A stretch of DNA of 64,000 nucleotides from Acholeplasmataceae bacterium (GCA_963667565.1 OY763415.1:448001-512000); one strand, 5' to 3'; positions 23,049 through 34,534 are shown, numbered from the stretch's first letter. The notes: generated by a model not told the origin, from the letters alone. Numbers and translations are program-made.

Positions 23049-25265
23049 ATGGATAAAGTCACAGGTAGTATTAAAAATTACGTATACCACAACGATGAAA
23101 ACAGCTATTCAATTGCAAGACTTGTGACAAGTGATGAATCTATTGTAACAGTAGTAGGTTATTTTCCAAAAATGAGTGAAGATGTTGTCTATGAATTCAT
23201 GGGTGAATGGGTTAACCATCAAACCTATGGACAACAGTTTAAAGCACAGTCATTTAAAAAAGCTGAAGCACAATCTATTTCAGGCGTAATCAGTTATTTA
23301 TCAAGTTCTTACTTTACAGGTATAGGACCTAAAACTGCAGAAAAAATTGTTGAAATGCTTGGACAAAATGCGATTCAAGAAATTATTAATAACCCAGAAG
23401 TGTTAAAAGAAGTTGGTTTAAATGCTGTTAGAATTGCTAAATTAAAACAACAGCTCATTGAAAACCAAATTCATGAGCACATTTTAGTGACGCTTTATGG
23501 TTATAATATTTCAGGTAAAATCGCTATGAAATTACTCAATAAATATCAAATGCTCACAATTAAAAAAATCGAAGAAAATCCATATCAATTAATTGATGAT
23601 ATCGATGGTATAGGATTTATCAAAGCTGATGAAATTGCTTCTAAAGTTGGCATAGAAAAAGATGATATAAGACGCGTTAAAGCTGCAATCATCTATGCAC
23701 TTGAAACCATTGGATATCAAAATGGTGATATTTATTTACTTAAAGAACAACTTTTTACATATACATCAGATACACTTCGAGTAGAAGTAGATATAACACC
23801 GGGTTTAGACGCTCTTGTTGAAGAAAACAAAATTATCATAGAAGATGATCGTTATTATTTACACGTTTCATATTTCACTGAAATAAGACTCGCAAATAAG
23901 ATTAAGTCAATCAATCATGAAACTGATGAATCCTATGATACAGCATATATTGCGACGCTTATCGATATGATTGAAATACAAAAAAATATTCATTACACTG
24001 ATATACAAAAAACGGCGATCCTAGAATCCATGACCCATAAATTTACAGTCATCACAGGGGGACCAGGTACTGGTAAAACAACGATTATTGATGGCCTACT
24101 AGATGTGTACAGAAATTATTATAAGTTAGATTTTGACGATGTTAATATTTACAGTCATCTTGCACTTTTAGCTCCTACGGGTAGAGCAGCAAAAAGAATG
24201 ACCGAATTACTTGATATGAAAGCATCAACGATACACAGACATCTTGGATATAATTATGATGGTTTGTTTGCATATGATGAGTCATATCCATTACCTCAAA
24301 AATTAATCATTGTTGATGAATCTTCGATGCTTGATATCTTTTTGGCATATAAACTTTTACAGGCCGTCAAAGATGATGCAAAAGTCATTTTTGTAGGCGA
24401 TGTTGACCAATTACCATCTGTGGGTCCTGGGCAGGTTTTATCTGATATGATTACATCTAACCAAATTAAAACAGTCAGACTCGATGAAATACACCGACAA
24501 GCAAAAGATTCTAATATTGTAGAACTTGCATTTAAAGTCAATCATCAAATTGTTGATATGGATGATTTAAAGAGTTTTAATGATCTTTATTTGTACAAAG
24601 CACACCCTAATCAAATTCATCACGTCTTGATAAATCAAATTCAAGGCGCGCTTGATAAAGGTTATAATATGGTTGATGACATTCAAATACTTGCACCGAT
24701 GTATAAAGGAGAATTAGGTATTGATCGTTTAAATGAAGTGCTTCAAGAAGCGTTTAATCCAAATAAAGATATCGCCGTCAAATATGGCGAGAAAACATAT
24801 TATATTGGTGATAAAGTCATACAACTTGTCAATGATCCAGAACGTTTGATTATGAATGGAGATATTGGACGAATAGAAGATATATTTTTAAATGCATCAA
24901 ATGAGCAAATCATCAAGGTTAGATTTGATGACAATATGGTTTTATATGACAAAAGTGACTTAGATGAGCTTAATTTAGCATATGCGATGAGTATTCATAA
25001 AGCACAAGGTAGTGAATATAAGATTGTTATGATGCCGATGGTTAAACATTACATGCATATGCTTAAAAAAGAATTGATTTATACAGCAATTACAAGAGCA
25101 AAACAATATTTAATTATTTTAGGTGATATGCCACTTTTGGTTTATGCGTCAACCCATTTGGTAAATAAAAGACAAACGACTTTAGCATTGCGCTTATCAC
25201 AAGAATTTGGTATGATAGATAGAGAAGATGAATTAGATGATTTATCACCTTATGATTTTATGTAG
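23049..25265 (+). CDS. recD2: ATP-dependent RecD-like DNA helicase
   Basis: N-terminal OB/HhH region, GGPGTGKT, APTGRAA, DESSM and HKAQGSE. Confidence 0.93.
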   Translation: MDKVTGSIKNYVYHNDENSYSIARLVTSDESIVTVVGYFPKMSEDVVYEFMGEWVNHQTYGQQFKAQSFKKAEAQSISGVISYLSSSYFTGIGPKTAEKIVEMLGQNAIQEIINNPEVLKEVGLNAVRIAKLKQQLIENQIHEHILVTLYGYNISGKIAMKLLNKYQMLTIKKIEENPYQLIDDIDGIGFIKADEIASKVGIEKDDIRRVKAAIIYALETIGYQNGDIYLLKEQLFTYTSDTLRVEVDITPGLDALVEENKIIIEDDRYYLHVSYFTEIRLANKIKSINHETDESYDTAYIATLIDMIEIQKNIHYTDIQKTAILESMTHKFTVITGGPGTGKTTIIDGLLDVYRNYYKLDFDDVNIYSHLALLAPTGRAAKRMTELLDMKASTIHRHLGYNYDGLFAYDESYPLPQKLIIVDESSMLDIFLAYKLLQAVKDDAKVIFVGDVDQLPSVGPGQVLSDMITSNQIKTVRLDEIHRQAKDSNIVELAFKVNHQIVDMDDLKSFNDLYLYKAHPNQIHHVLINQIQGALDKGYNMVDDIQILAPMYKGELGIDRLNEVLQEAFNPNKDIAVKYGEKTYYIGDKVIQLVNDPERLIMNGDIGRIEDIFLNASNEQIIKVRFDDNMVLYDKSDLDELNLAYAMSIHKAQGSEYKIVMMPMVKHYMHMLKKELIYTAITRAKQYLIILGDMPLLVYASTHLVNKRQTTLALRLSQEFGMIDREDELDDLSPYDFM

Positions 25266-25280
25266 ATGGAGGGACACTAT

Positions 25281-26117
25281 ATGAGTCAAATTTTAAGTGC
25301 ATTTTTTGATTTTTTGAATCAAGATATGCCTGAACCAATTGCATTTTCAAACTTAAGTGAAAGCTGGTTTTATTATCTTTCATTAGTATTGGTCATTGTA
25401 GGTTCAATATTTTTAGCATTAAAATTTAAAAAACAAGATCAAAAAGGTATACAAAGAACCATTTTGATTATTTCGATATTGCTGATTGCATTTGAAGTTT
25501 ATAAGCAAGTTATTTTTGCATACTCTAATAACTGGCATATCAGATGGTATGCATTTCCATTCCAATTTTGTTCAACAGCGATGTATGCTACACTTTTTGT
25601 TGGATTAACAAAAAGCGAGAAACTATATGATATAGGAATTAGTTTTCTAGCAACATTTAGTTTATTTGCTGGCGCAGCAGTGATGTTTTATCCAGGTGAT
25701 GTATTTGTAACAACCATTGGTATTAATATTCAAACGATGTTTTATCATGGTAGTATGGTTGCTATGGGTATTGGTCTTATCTTTTCAGGAAAAGTTAAAG
25801 CATCTACAGATACTTTATTTAAAGGTCTGATGCCAATGACAGTATTTTGGATGATTGCTATTTTATTAAATGGTGTTGTCAATCAATTTTTTCCAAATAT
25901 TGGTACATTCAATATGTTCTTAATTAATCCAAGATATAATTCTTCAATTCCTATCTTGAATATGATTCAGCCTTATGTTGCAGCACCAATATTCCAATTA
26001 GCTTACTTATTAGGTATTACGTTTGCATCATTTGTTACATTTAATTTATTCCAAGGTATGAAATCCTTTAGTAAGATATTTGTGCACAATCCAGCACTCG
26101 CAAGCAAAAAAATATAA
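25281..26117 (+). CDS. Integral membrane protein (YwaF/TMEM164-like)
   Basis: PFQFCS, YHG and FNMF motifs; multiple transmembrane segments. Confidence 0.65.
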   Translation: MSQILSAFFDFLNQDMPEPIAFSNLSESWFYYLSLVLVIVGSIFLALKFKKQDQKGIQRTILIISILLIAFEVYKQVIFAYSNNWHIRWYAFPFQFCSTAMYATLFVGLTKSEKLYDIGISFLATFSLFAGAAVMFYPGDVFVTTIGINIQTMFYHGSMVAMGIGLIFSGKVKASTDTLFKGLMPMTVFWMIAILLNGVVNQFFPNIGTFNMFLINPRYNSSIPILNMIQPYVAAPIFQLAYLLGITFASFVTFNLFQGMKSFSKIFVHNPALASKKI

Positions 26118-26148
26118 TAAAAAGGTAGACATTGTCTACCTTATTTTT

Positions 26149-27396
26149 TTAATCCTCATCTTTACTTGGACAATTAACAGTTGTTCCGCTTGGAACAAAT
26201 GATTCTTTAAATTGTGCATATCTTAAGATACGACAGTTTTTACCAATTCTAATAGAATTTGGAACCACTGCACCTTTTTCAATCACAGTAATCCCTGATT
26301 TCAATAAATCAGGTTTTTCTTTATTTGGTGTTAAATCAGTACCATAACCAACCACTGAATTTCTTCCAATAACTACTTTTTTATCGATAATCGATTGATA
26401 GACTTCAACATTTTCACTAATGATAACATTATTTAAAATGACACTGTCTTTAATTGTTGAGTTTTTACCAACTCTAACACCTGGACTTAAAACGGAATTG
26501 ATGACATTGCCTTCAATAACACATCCATTTGATACAAGTGAATTTGAAATCTTTGCTTCTGATCCAATTTTAACAGGAGGCAAATCTTCACTCTTTGTAA
26601 ATACTTTCCATGTTGGATCATATAAATCAAGTGGTGTATAATCTTTTGTCATTTCTAGGTTGGTTTCTAAATAAGCATCGTATGTACCTACATCCATCCA
26701 ATAATGATCAAATGTGTAAGACATGACTTTAGCATCAGTTTTTTCAATTAAATGAGGAATGATGTGCTTACCAAAATCCAAATCATCTTGTTTAATACTT
26801 AAAAGAAGTTCTTCAAGAAGTGAGAAATTAAATAAATAGATACCCATAGAGGCTAAATTGGATTCAGTTTTCTTAGGTTTTTCTTCAAATGAGATAATCT
26901 CTTTATCATCATTGACAGTCATAATACCGAAACGATGAGTTTCAGATGGATCCACAGGATGTGTAGCAATCGTTAAGAGTGCATTACTTTCTTTATGCAT
27001 CTTAATCATCGGACGATAATCCATTTTATAAATGTGATCACCTGATAAAATAAGCACATATTGAGGATTTTTACGGCGTAAAAATTCCAAATTTTTCTTA
27101 ACAGCATCTGCAGTTCCTAAATACCAATAATTATGTGGTTGAAGAAGTGTTACACCAGAATCCCTTCTATCGAAATCCCAAGGTTTTCCACTACCAATAT
27201 GCTCATTTAAAGAAAGTGGTAAATATTGAGTTAAAATGCCGATATCATAAATGTGTGATTGTGTACAATTTGATAATGTAAAATCGATGATTCTAAATTT
27301 CCCTGCAAAAGGCATTGCAGGTTTACTGCGTCTTCTTGATAATAAATCAAGTCTTGAGCCTTTTCCACCAGCTAAGATTAATGCTAAAACTTCCAT
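26149..27396 (-). CDS. glgC: Glucose-1-phosphate adenylyltransferase
   Basis: LAGGKGSRL, KPAMPF, GTADAV, LSGDHIYKMDY and DFGKHIIP. Confidence 0.95.
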   Translation of the reverse strand: MEVLALILAGGKGSRLDLLSRRRSKPAMPFAGKFRIIDFTLSNCTQSHIYDIGILTQYLPLSLNEHIGSGKPWDFDRRDSGVTLLQPHNYWYLGTADAVKKNLEFLRRKNPQYVLILSGDHIYKMDYRPMIKMHKESNALLTIATHPVDPSETHRFGIMTVNDDKEIISFEEKPKKTESNLASMGIYLFNFSLLEELLLSIKQDDLDFGKHIIPHLIEKTDAKVMSYTFDHYWMDVGTYDAYLETNLEMTKDYTPLDLYDPTWKVFTKSEDLPPVKIGSEAKISNSLVSNGCVIEGNVINSVLSPGVRVGKNSTIKDSVILNNVIISENVEVYQSIIDKKVVIGRNSVVGYGTDLTPNKEKPDLLKSGITVIEKGAVVPNSIRIGKNCRILRYAQFKESFVPSGTTVNCPSKDED

Positions 27397-27398
27397 GT

Positions 27399-28826
27399 TT
27401 ATGCCTCCAAAATTTTATTATATAAAGCTTCATATGAACGAGCAACTTGGCTCAATCCATTATCTTGTTTCATCGCTTGTCTCACGAGTTTATTAAACAC
27501 AAGTTTGTGATTGATGTATAAATCGATGGCTGCATAAATCTGTTCTTTAAACTCATATAATGAGTAATTTGCAAAACTAAATCCTGTACCGGATTCATTA
27601 AATTTATTATAAGGGATGACTGTATCCTTTAATCCCCCTGTTTCTGTAACGATGGGTAGTGAACCATATTTCATTGCTATCATTTGTCCTAAACCACAAG
27701 GTTCAAATTGACTTGGCATCATAAATAAATCGGAGCCTGCATAGAGCTGATGAGCAACCTGTTCGTTAAATCCAATATAGTTTGCGACTCTATGAGGATA
27801 TTTAGATGTCAAATATCTGATGTGATTTTCATAAGCTTCATTGCCTGAACCTAAGATAATGAAGTTTGCATCTGAGAATATAACTGCATCCTCAATGGCT
27901 TGTAAAATCAGATCAATCCCTTTTTGTTCTGCCAGTCTTCCTACATATGCTATCAGAGGAACATCAACATCAGGTTTTAATTGATATTGATGAAGGATTT
28001 CTTTTTTAATCATTTTCTTTTTTGCTATTGCATTTTTAATATGATAGTTTTGACTGATTAAAGGGTCTATTTCTGGATTAAACACTTCTTCATCAATCCC
28101 GTTTAAAATACCATATAAATCGTTTTGTCTTTGGTATAGTGATCCATCTAAGGAAAAACCAAAAGCTTGTGTAAGTATTTCATTTCTATAAGTAGGACTC
28201 ACTGTATTAATTTTAGTAGCTCTTTCAATTCCAGCTTTTAAAAAATTAATAGATTCAAAATGAATATAAGTATAATCAAATTGATCAGAGAAGTAGTGAT
28301 AAAAAGATTTGTCAAAAGATCCTTGATATTGTAAATTGTGAATGGTTAGTAATGTGTGTATTTTGTAATATGATTCATTTTTTTGACGATATTTTTGATC
28401 TAATAAATAAGGGATCATACCTGTTTGCCAATCATTTAAATGAATGATAGATGGATAATCATTGATAAGTTCAAACAACTCTAAAACAGCATAATCAAAT
28501 GCAGTAAATCGGTCAATATCATCATCATATCCATACAAGCCATCACGTTCAAACAAATGCATATTTTCTACAAATATATAATCGATGTTTTCATATGTCA
28601 TTAAATAATAGTTAAAAACCCATTCATGATAAGAGACATAAACGGTCTTGGTACCTAAATATTTTAATTGATCAGCATATTTTTTCATGTGGCGATAATA
28701 TGGCGTAATCACTTTTGTTTCAATGTTCATTTGATTTAGTGATTTTGGTAAAAAATAAGCCATATCAGCAAGACCACCAGTTTTACTAAATGGATATGCT
28801 TCCGAACTTACAAAGCAGATTTTCAT
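27399..28826 (-). CDS. glgA: Glycogen synthase
   Basis: KTGGLAD, HLNDWQT, TIHNLQYQG and PSQFEPCGL. The start follows a GAGG RBS. Confidence 0.95.
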   Translation of the reverse strand: MKICFVSSEAYPFSKTGGLADMAYFLPKSLNQMNIETKVITPYYRHMKKYADQLKYLGTKTVYVSYHEWVFNYYLMTYENIDYIFVENMHLFERDGLYGYDDDIDRFTAFDYAVLELFELINDYPSIIHLNDWQTGMIPYLLDQKYRQKNESYYKIHTLLTIHNLQYQGSFDKSFYHYFSDQFDYTYIHFESINFLKAGIERATKINTVSPTYRNEILTQAFGFSLDGSLYQRQNDLYGILNGIDEEVFNPEIDPLISQNYHIKNAIAKKKMIKKEILHQYQLKPDVDVPLIAYVGRLAEQKGIDLILQAIEDAVIFSDANFIILGSGNEAYENHIRYLTSKYPHRVANYIGFNEQVAHQLYAGSDLFMMPSQFEPCGLGQMIAMKYGSLPIVTETGGLKDTVIPYNKFNESGTGFSFANYSLYEFKEQIYAAIDLYINHKLVFNKLVRQAMKQDNGLSQVARSYEALYNKILEA

Positions 28827-28956
28827 AATTTTAACCTCTTTGCATAACTTGTATACTTCTATTATACTTATATATATTTTAATATTCAATGACAAACAAA
28901 TAATTCACATGAATCAACATTTAATTATGTTATACTAATCAAGTGGAGGTATCAAT

Positions 28957-29994
28957 ATGACAAAAGAAATTTCATGTGGCATAGTGCTTTATAAGTATGC
29001 ACAAAATCAAAGATACTTTTTAATGATAAAACAAAAGAACAGTGGCCATTTTGGTTTTCCCAAAGGACATTTGGAATCTGGTGAAAGCAAAAAACAAGCT
29101 GCCATAAGAGAAGTTAAAGAAGAAACAAATCTTGATGCATTTATCATCGGAAATTATTATTTTAAAACAACCTATTCTCCAGAGGAGAATGTCGTTAAAG
29201 ATGTTTATTACTACTTAGGTAAAGTTTATGATGGAAAACTTTTTAAACAAGAAAAAGAGATTGATGAAATCTTTTGGATTTTAGAAAAAGATGTTTTAAA
29301 TAAAATCACTTATGAAAGTGATAAACACGTTTTTAGAAATCTATTATCTAAAATTAATCGAATTGAAAAAGGTATAAGTTTAGAATTAATGTCATATATT
29401 GAAGAACATATCATCCCAAGATATAAACAATTTGATAAAGCGCATCATGTTGATCATGTTTTCGATGTGATTTTTGATAGTATCAAATTATCTAAAACAT
29501 TTGATGTCAATAAAAATTACATTTATACGATTGCAGCATTTCACGATCTTGGTCTAAAGTTTGGCAGAGAAACACATCACATCACTGGTGGAGAGATACT
29601 TAAAGAAGATTTATTTATACAGTCATTTTTTAAACCAGAAGAGATTTTATTAATGGTAGATGCAATCTATGATCATAGAGCATCTCATGGTGTAATGCCA
29701 AGAACAATATACGGGAAGATTATTGCTGAAGCAGACAGACAAATGAATGCACAAAACATCATTTTAAGAACTGCACTATACGAAACATCAAAGCATCCAG
29801 ATGTGAGTATCGATCAACAAGTTGATCATTGCTATCTTCACATGTTAGAAAAATATAGTGATCATGGCTATTTAAAATTGTGTTTAGACATCGGAAAAAA
29901 TGTCAAGGAATTAGAAAAATTAAGAAAAATGATTAGAAATGAAACATATATTAGATTGAAATTCAAAGAAATCATCATGAAACGAAATAAATAA
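28957..29994 (+). CDS. NUDIX hydrolase-HD domain fusion protein
   Basis: N-terminal FPKGHLESGESKKQAAIREVKEETNL; C-terminal H..H, HD, HH, DHR and AD motifs. Confidence 0.8.
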   Translation: MTKEISCGIVLYKYAQNQRYFLMIKQKNSGHFGFPKGHLESGESKKQAAIREVKEETNLDAFIIGNYYFKTTYSPEENVVKDVYYYLGKVYDGKLFKQEKEIDEIFWILEKDVLNKITYESDKHVFRNLLSKINRIEKGISLELMSYIEEHIIPRYKQFDKAHHVDHVFDVIFDSIKLSKTFDVNKNYIYTIAAFHDLGLKFGRETHHITGGEILKEDLFIQSFFKPEEILLMVDAIYDHRASHGVMPRTIYGKIIAEADRQMNAQNIILRTALYETSKHPDVSIDQQVDHCYLHMLEKYSDHGYLKLCLDIGKNVKELEKLRKMIRNETYIRLKFKEIIMKRNK

Positions 29995-30049
29995 TAAATT
30001 TGTATGTTAAAATATAAACAATAGTGGATTTTTAGGAGAAAAAATCAAA

Positions 30050-31147
30050 ATGAAAATCGGAACAGTTAAAGAGATTAAGAAGTATGAGTTTCGAGTTGGG
30101 CTAACTCCGAGCAGTTGTGCTCAATATATCAAACATGGACATGAAGTCTTTGTTGAAAAAAATGCAGGTTTAGAAGCAGGATTTGAAGATTTAGCATATG
30201 AAAATGTTGGTGCTAAAATAATGGAAACAGCACAAGAAGTCTGGGAAAATGTAGACATGCTTGTTAAAGTTAAAGAACCTTTAGAAGCTGAATATCCATT
30301 TTTAAGAGAAAATCTTATATTGTATACATATCTTCACTTAGCTGCAAACTTAGAATTAACAGAAGCTTTATTAAAAGCAAAAACTGCAGGTGTTGCATAT
30401 GAAACGATTGAAGAAGATCATATGTTACCTTGCTTAAAACCAATGAGTGAAATTGCAGGTAGACTTAGTGCAATAGAGGGTGCTAAGTGCTTGGAAAAAC
30501 AACAAGGTGGCAGTGGCGTATTATTATCTGGTGTACCTGGAGTTAAAAAAGCAAATGCAGTCATTATTGGTGCAGGTGTTGTTGGTGAAAATGCACTTAA
30601 GATGTTAGTAGGTTTAGGGGCAAATGTAACCATATTAGATATCAATTTAAAAAAATTAACATACTTAGATGATATTTATGGTCAACAAATTCAAACGTTA
30701 TACAGTAATGAGGCACATATTAAAGAATCACTTGAACAAGCAGATTTAGTGATTGGTGCAGTTTTACTTCCAGGAAGTAAAGCACCAAAACTTATTAAGA
30801 GATCATATTATGAATTTATGAAAAAAGGTAGTGTGATTGTCGATGTTGCTATTGATCAAGGTGGTTCAACAGAAGTATCACATGCAACATACCATGACGA
30901 TCCTACTTATGTAGTTGATGGTATATTACATTATACGGTTGCAAATATGCCAGGTTCTGTTCCAAGAACAGCAACTGAAGCATTGAATCATGCAACACTC
31001 AAATATGGACTATTAATTGCAGATCAAGGATTAGATCAAGCATTAAGTATTTCTAAACCTATTCAATTAGGTTTAAATACATTACATGGAAAATTATATT
31101 GTCAAGGTGTTGCAGACGCATTTGATTTAGAACTAGCAAAATTATAG
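30050..31147 (+). CDS. ald: Alanine dehydrogenase
   Basis: KEIKKYEFRVG, KVKEP, PMSEIAGR, VDVAIDQGG and VANMPG. Confidence 0.95.
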   Translation: MKIGTVKEIKKYEFRVGLTPSSCAQYIKHGHEVFVEKNAGLEAGFEDLAYENVGAKIMETAQEVWENVDMLVKVKEPLEAEYPFLRENLILYTYLHLAANLELTEALLKAKTAGVAYETIEEDHMLPCLKPMSEIAGRLSAIEGAKCLEKQQGGSGVLLSGVPGVKKANAVIIGAGVVGENALKMLVGLGANVTILDINLKKLTYLDDIYGQQIQTLYSNEAHIKESLEQADLVIGAVLLPGSKAPKLIKRSYYEFMKKGSVIVDVAIDQGGSTEVSHATYHDDPTYVVDGILHYTVANMPGSVPRTATEALNHATLKYGLLIADQGLDQALSISKPIQLGLNTLHGKLYCQGVADAFDLELAKL

Positions 31148-31197
31148 GGGGATAATTTTTTTTATCCCTTTTATTTATCATAGAATTAGGTGATTAG

Positions 31198-32328
31198 ATG
31201 AATGTTATTACAGAAATAGCACGCTTTGGATTAAAAATCATGTTTCATCGTCGATTTAAATTTAAATTTACGTATGAAGATTTTGATCCCAAAAGAAAAG
31301 AACCATACATTTTAATATTTACACATACACAGTTAAATGATCCGCTTTTTGTTGGTATGTATTTAAAATATTATCCATACCCTGTAGCAAGCAATACGTT
31401 ATACACCAATAAAATCATGAGACTTGCACTCACAAAATTGGTGAAATCAATTCCTAAGCGAAAAGGACAAGCAGATTCAAGAACTATTAGAATGATCATT
31501 GACGCTTTTAATAAAGACCATAGAGGCATTATGATAGCACCTGAAGGTAATTCATCCTTTTATGGTGAACAAACACCTACTGATTATTTAACAACTGCAA
31601 AACTTGTTAAAAAATTAGATAAGGATTTGGTAGTTGCTCAAATCAATGGTGGATTTTTCGCGGATCCTAGATGGGGTAAATATCGTAAGCGTGCAATCAT
31701 TGAAATCAATTATAAGCCATTAATCAAACAAGGTGAATTCAAAGATTTATCACTTGAAAAAGTTATCGATATTTTGGATCAAGCGATAAAGTTCAATGAT
31801 TACGAGTGGATTAAAAACCGTGATTATACTTATAAATCTAAAACAATGGCTGAAGGTATTGAACATATTATATATGCATGTCCTGTATGTGGTAAACTTC
31901 AAACAATTTCAACATCTGGTAATAATATTTTTTGTAGCCACTGTGGAAAAATATCTGAAGTGGATGAAAAGCAATTTTTATCTGGTCAATATAAGACTTT
32001 AATAGATTGGAATACATATCAAAAACAAGTTATAAAAAAACATATCAATGATAAGTTTGAAACAACTGGTCAACTCTATGAACTTGATTTAATCCATGAG
32101 GATCGTTTGTTTAAAGGTGATTACAACATCAGTCTAAACAAAAATGAATTTAAACTAATAAACGAAGCACATGAATTTAAATTTGACATAGAACTTATGA
32201 ATGGTATGACCATAACTCAAAAAAACAAACTATCATTTGACTATGAAGCATATACATATCTAATTAAAATGAATCACTCAATGTTGTTTCATGATTTAAT
32301 CAAACTTAAAAGAGGAGAAAAACTATGA
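31198..32328 (+). CDS. PlsC-like lysophospholipid acyltransferase with a C-terminal Cys4 extension
   Basis: HX4D (HTQLND), APEG and CPVC..CSHC. Confidence 0.8.
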   Translation: MNVITEIARFGLKIMFHRRFKFKFTYEDFDPKRKEPYILIFTHTQLNDPLFVGMYLKYYPYPVASNTLYTNKIMRLALTKLVKSIPKRKGQADSRTIRMIIDAFNKDHRGIMIAPEGNSSFYGEQTPTDYLTTAKLVKKLDKDLVVAQINGGFFADPRWGKYRKRAIIEINYKPLIKQGEFKDLSLEKVIDILDQAIKFNDYEWIKNRDYTYKSKTMAEGIEHIIYACPVCGKLQTISTSGNNIFCSHCGKISEVDEKQFLSGQYKTLIDWNTYQKQVIKKHINDKFETTGQLYELDLIHEDRLFKGDYNISLNKNEFKLINEAHEFKFDIELMNGMTITQKNKLSFDYEAYTYLIKMNHSMLFHDLIKLKRGEKL

Positions 32329-33698
32329 CAGAATGGGGAATTATTTTATATTTCTTATTATTAGGCGTTTTAATGTTTATTGCCAAAGTTTTGAAAACTT
32401 GGTTACCTGGATTAAATAAAGTTGTTATTCCAACTGCATTATTAGCTGGGATTATTGGTTTAGTCGTATCACTTGTATTTGCACCAATCATTATTGGTGA
32501 AGAAACTTTTTATGATACAGATTTATTAGGAAACATCGTGTATCATGCACTAGCTATTGGATTTTTAGCTTTATCATTAAAAAGAACACCTGTTGGTCAA
32601 AAAGAATCTAAGAAAAAGATTTGGTCAACTGGTATGATTATTACATCCACCTATGCTTTGCAAGCAGCTATTGGTATTTTATTGGTATTTTTATTCTTTA
32701 ATGAAAAATTCATAGGATCAGGAATGCTTGTAGCATTGGGTTTTGGACAAGGACCTGGACTCGCATTATCTATTGGTAATATGTGGTCTGACCTACTTGG
32801 TGGTAATGGAGGAACTTTAGGTGTTTCTTATGCATTCTTAGGATTTGTTTTTGGTGGAACTATTGGTGTTGTCATCATCAATATATTTGCAAGAAGAAAA
32901 GGTATTTCTAAACCAGAATCATATCAAGAAGATAGTAGTATTAAAGAGACTATTGAGATTGAAACAGTTAAAGAAATAAGTATACTTGATGGTTTAACGA
33001 CCCAAGCAATTATTATTGCAGTCATTTATGGTGCAGTTTATTTAACACTTCTTGGATTATATTATTTACTTGGACTTCTTGGAAATGCAGGTATGAGTAT
33101 CTTTGGTTTAATTAGAGGATTTAATTTCATTATTGCTATTTTATATGCTTTATTATATAAACAAGGATTAAAGGCACTTGAGAAAAAAGGTAAAAATGTT
33201 CGATTTATGACAAATAACTATGTCTTATCAAACATTACTTCATTTGCATTTAATATTATGATTGCAGGATCTGTATTAACAATTACACTTGATTTCTTAT
33301 CAGCATATGGTGTTCAACTTATCGTAACAGCAGTTGTTGCAGGAACAGCAACATTATTCTATTTAAGATATATGACTAAAAAGGTTTATACACAGTTCCA
33401 AGATGAATATTTTATTGGACTATTTGGAATGTTAACAGGTGTTGCATCAACTGGATTAGCATTACTTAAAGGTATCGATCCAAAACTTGAAACGCCAGTA
33501 TCAGAAGAAATGGTTTTAGGTTCTGGTACTGCAATTAGTATGGCACTACCATTGTTTGTATTACTATTTATACCAACATTTACAGCAAACCTAGGCAATG
33601 CCGCACTATGGAATATCGTGACTTTCGTTGGAATTGTCTTATACATCTTAGTGATGGTGACCATTTTAATGATTCGTGGTAAACGCACAAAAGCATAA
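32325..33698 (+). CDS. GltS-like sodium:glutamate symporter family protein
   Basis: About 11 transmembrane segments; GFGQGPG and FGMLTGVASTGLALL motifs. Confidence 0.75.
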   Translation: MTEWGIILYFLLLGVLMFIAKVLKTWLPGLNKVVIPTALLAGIIGLVVSLVFAPIIIGEETFYDTDLLGNIVYHALAIGFLALSLKRTPVGQKESKKKIWSTGMIITSTYALQAAIGILLVFLFFNEKFIGSGMLVALGFGQGPGLALSIGNMWSDLLGGNGGTLGVSYAFLGFVFGGTIGVVIINIFARRKGISKPESYQEDSSIKETIEIETVKEISILDGLTTQAIIIAVIYGAVYLTLLGLYYLLGLLGNAGMSIFGLIRGFNFIIAILYALLYKQGLKALEKKGKNVRFMTNNYVLSNITSFAFNIMIAGSVLTITLDFLSAYGVQLIVTAVVAGTATLFYLRYMTKKVYTQFQDEYFIGLFGMLTGVASTGLALLKGIDPKLETPVSEEMVLGSGTAISMALPLFVLLFIPTFTANLGNAALWNIVTFVGIVLYILVMVTILMIRGKRTKA

Positions 33699-33733
33699 AA
33701 ATAAAGGTACACAAGATAAATTGTGTACCTTTT

Positions 33734-34534
33734 TTATTGCTTTGGATAAATACCTAAAATTTTAATCGTATATGCATCTTTAGTCGTTTGAATTAAACTG
33801 TCTATTTCATCATATACATGATTATTGGCATCAAACTCAATGAAGAAGAAGTATTTTCCCATCATATTTTTCTGAGGTCTTGACATAATTGATGTTAAAT
33901 TGATATGTGCCTTTTTAAACACGGAAAGTATATCATATAATAAACCAGGACGATCAATGGTTGGAATAACAACTAAAGATACTTTAAGTGATTTATTTTG
34001 ATAAATGGATTGTTGTTTAGAGATGACCATAAATCGTGTATAATTTTGTTTGGAATCTGTCACATTAAGATGATGATCTAAACTTGAGACAAGATGCGTT
34101 GGAACAATAGCTGCATCTTCTAAACTTCCTTCATGGTATAACTTATAAGATTGTGTATTGCTATGTGTTAACGTAAGATTGATTTGATTGAGTGTTTCTA
34201 TATATTGTTGACATTGTCCCTTTGCAGCAAATTGGACATAAATATTTTTAATATCACTTGGTTGTTTTTTATACACTAAAGCAAATTGAACATAAACGAA
34301 AAGTTCTTGTTCTATATAGACTTCATTAGAAATCAAAAAATCAATCATTTGTTGAACATATCCCTCTAAAGTATTTTCAAGTGGGACAATGATTTTATCT
34401 AGTGTCTGTAATGATTTTGTTGTTTCTTCTAAAGTCTGAAAATAGATAGCTTTTGCTTGTGGATTTTCTTTTTTATATTGTAAAAATGCGACTTCACTAA
34501 ATGTCCCTTTTGGGCCTAGTATACCAATGTTCAT
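33734..34534 (-). CDS. pheA: Prephenate dehydratase
   Basis: LGPKGTFS, PLENT.EG, NYTRF and an ACT domain DRPGLL..INLT.I.SRP. Confidence 0.88.
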   Translation of the reverse strand: MNIGILGPKGTFSEVAFLQYKKENPQAKAIYFQTLEETTKSLQTLDKIIVPLENTLEGYVQQMIDFLISNEVYIEQELFVYVQFALVYKKQPSDIKNIYVQFAAKGQCQQYIETLNQINLTLTHSNTQSYKLYHEGSLEDAAIVPTHLVSSLDHHLNVTDSKQNYTRFMVISKQQSIYQNKSLKVSLVVIPTIDRPGLLYDILSVFKKAHINLTSIMSRPQKNMMGKYFFFIEFDANNHVYDEIDSLIQTTKDAYTIKILGIYPKQ

